From Nitrospirota bacterium (GTDB lineage Bacteria; Nitrospirota; Nitrospiria; JACQCE01): a stretch of 36,242 nucleotides of DNA. A program made the translations under genes and the position numbers. The stretch spans positions 1-36,242 of the forward strand of contig JBFMAJ010000002.1 in the NCBI GenBank assembly GCA_040755775.1. Direction: 5' to 3'. This document shows, piece by piece, positions 35,667 to 36,242 of this stretch; position 1 is the first letter of the stretch, and each line of letters starts with the position of its first letter. The notes under the pieces are model-generated. The model was not told the origin of the DNA. It ran no database searches and saw only the letters and a program-made list of their open reading frames with translations.

Positions 35667-36242
35667 ATGTCACTGAGTGAGCTGAGCCTTGTGGCGGCCG
35701 TTGCGCTGCTGCTGGCGGCGGGCTGGGTATTCCTTGAAGTCGGCCGACGGGAGTTGCAGATCTGGCTTCCGGCCCACATCAAGCAGCGCATGACCGCCAG
35801 AAAGGGCGCCGACGCGCGCCGGCCCACAGATGTCTTTTTCTGTATTGTGGACCATTTCGAGCCCCGCGATCCTCACTGGGGGCTGTCCCGCCTGGATGAG
35901 GAACGGGCCCGCGTGGATGAATGGTGCCGGGGGTTTCCGGACATCGCCCGACGGCATCGCGATACCCAGGGACGTTCTCCTCAGCATACGTTCTTTTTTC
36001 CGGCGGAGGATTATTATGCCGAGCACCTGGACCGACTGGCCGCGCTGTGCCGGCAGGGCCATGGCGATGTGGAAATTCACCTCCATCACGACAACGATAC
36101 GGCCGACACCTTGACGGAAACCCTCAGCGCGTTCAGGGACACGCTCCACCGGCAGCACGGCCTGCTGCGGGCCGATCCCGACACCGGCTTGATCCGGTAC
36201 GGGTTCATTCACGGAAACTGGGCCCTCGACAACTCCGGGAAA
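35667..36242 (+). CDS. 3'-partial ORF absent from the supplied track: membrane-anchored hypothetical protein, possibly a metal-dependent polysaccharide deacetylase/hydrolase-like enzyme
   Basis: My own translation from the ATG at 35667 gives 192 codons with no stop up to the window edge: MSLSELSLVAAVALLLAAGWVF (TM anchor)...FFCIVDHFEP...EIHLHHDNDT...FIHGNWALDNSGK. It is co-directional with the operon and 66 nt after the previous stop. His/Asp-rich motifs suggest metal binding, but the family is not confidently recognised. Confidence 0.5.
   Translation, partial: MSLSELSLVAAVALLLAAGWVFLEVGRRELQIWLPAHIKQRMTARKGADARRPTDVFFCIVDHFEPRDPHWGLSRLDEERARVDEWCRGFPDIARRHRDTQGRSPQHTFFFPAEDYYAEHLDRLAALCRQGHGDVEIHLHHDNDTADTLTETLSAFRDTLHRQHGLLRADPDTGLIRYGFIHGNWALDNSGK

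Overview
High-GC bacterial chromosomal window. All family calls come from reading motifs in the supplied translations; no searches were run. There are three blocks. (1) 1-1605 (+) is the end of an F1Fo ATP synthase operon: atpD is 5' partial, followed by an unusually short atpC. (2) 1600-5115 (-) is a housekeeping block. It holds an HTH-XRE::metallo-beta-lactamase fusion, and upstream of it on that strand a compact tRNA-modification operon (ThiS/TtuB-like sulfur carrier, ttuA, trmI, secreted cyclophilin) ending in a strong hairpin terminator. (3) 5204-36242 is a roughly 30 kb exopolysaccharide (EPS) locus of the PEP-CTERM/exosortase-associated Eps type. A LuxR/EpsA-like regulator on the minus strand is divergent from a plus-strand operon of about 26 tightly coupled genes with many ATGA/GTGA start-stop overlaps. 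That operon starts with a single-domain PilZ protein and continues with a Wza-like export lipoprotein, an outer-membrane beta-barrel, a Wzz-type co-polymerase, a BY-kinase-like ATPase, an initiating sugar-phosphate transferase and wecB. Later genes are Wzy/O-antigen-ligase-like, Wzx, glycosyltransferases (two of them fusions), deacetylases and FemAB/CelD-like acyltransferases. No exosortase, PEP-CTERM substrate, CRISPR, tRNA/rRNA or mobile element was seen. The most unusual content is a seven-gene insert in the EPS operon (13179-20988): ComA-like phosphosulfolactate synthase, ComB-like phosphosulfolactate phosphatase, a LarA-like (lactate-racemase family) protein, three ATP-grasp ligases and a membrane acyltransferase. 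I read this as a candidate undescribed module that makes sulfolactate (a C3 sulfonate) and ligates it and/or amino acids onto a de-N-acetylated polysaccharide. It is accompanied by a GT4::FemAB fusion and a WbdD-like methyltransferase-kinase.
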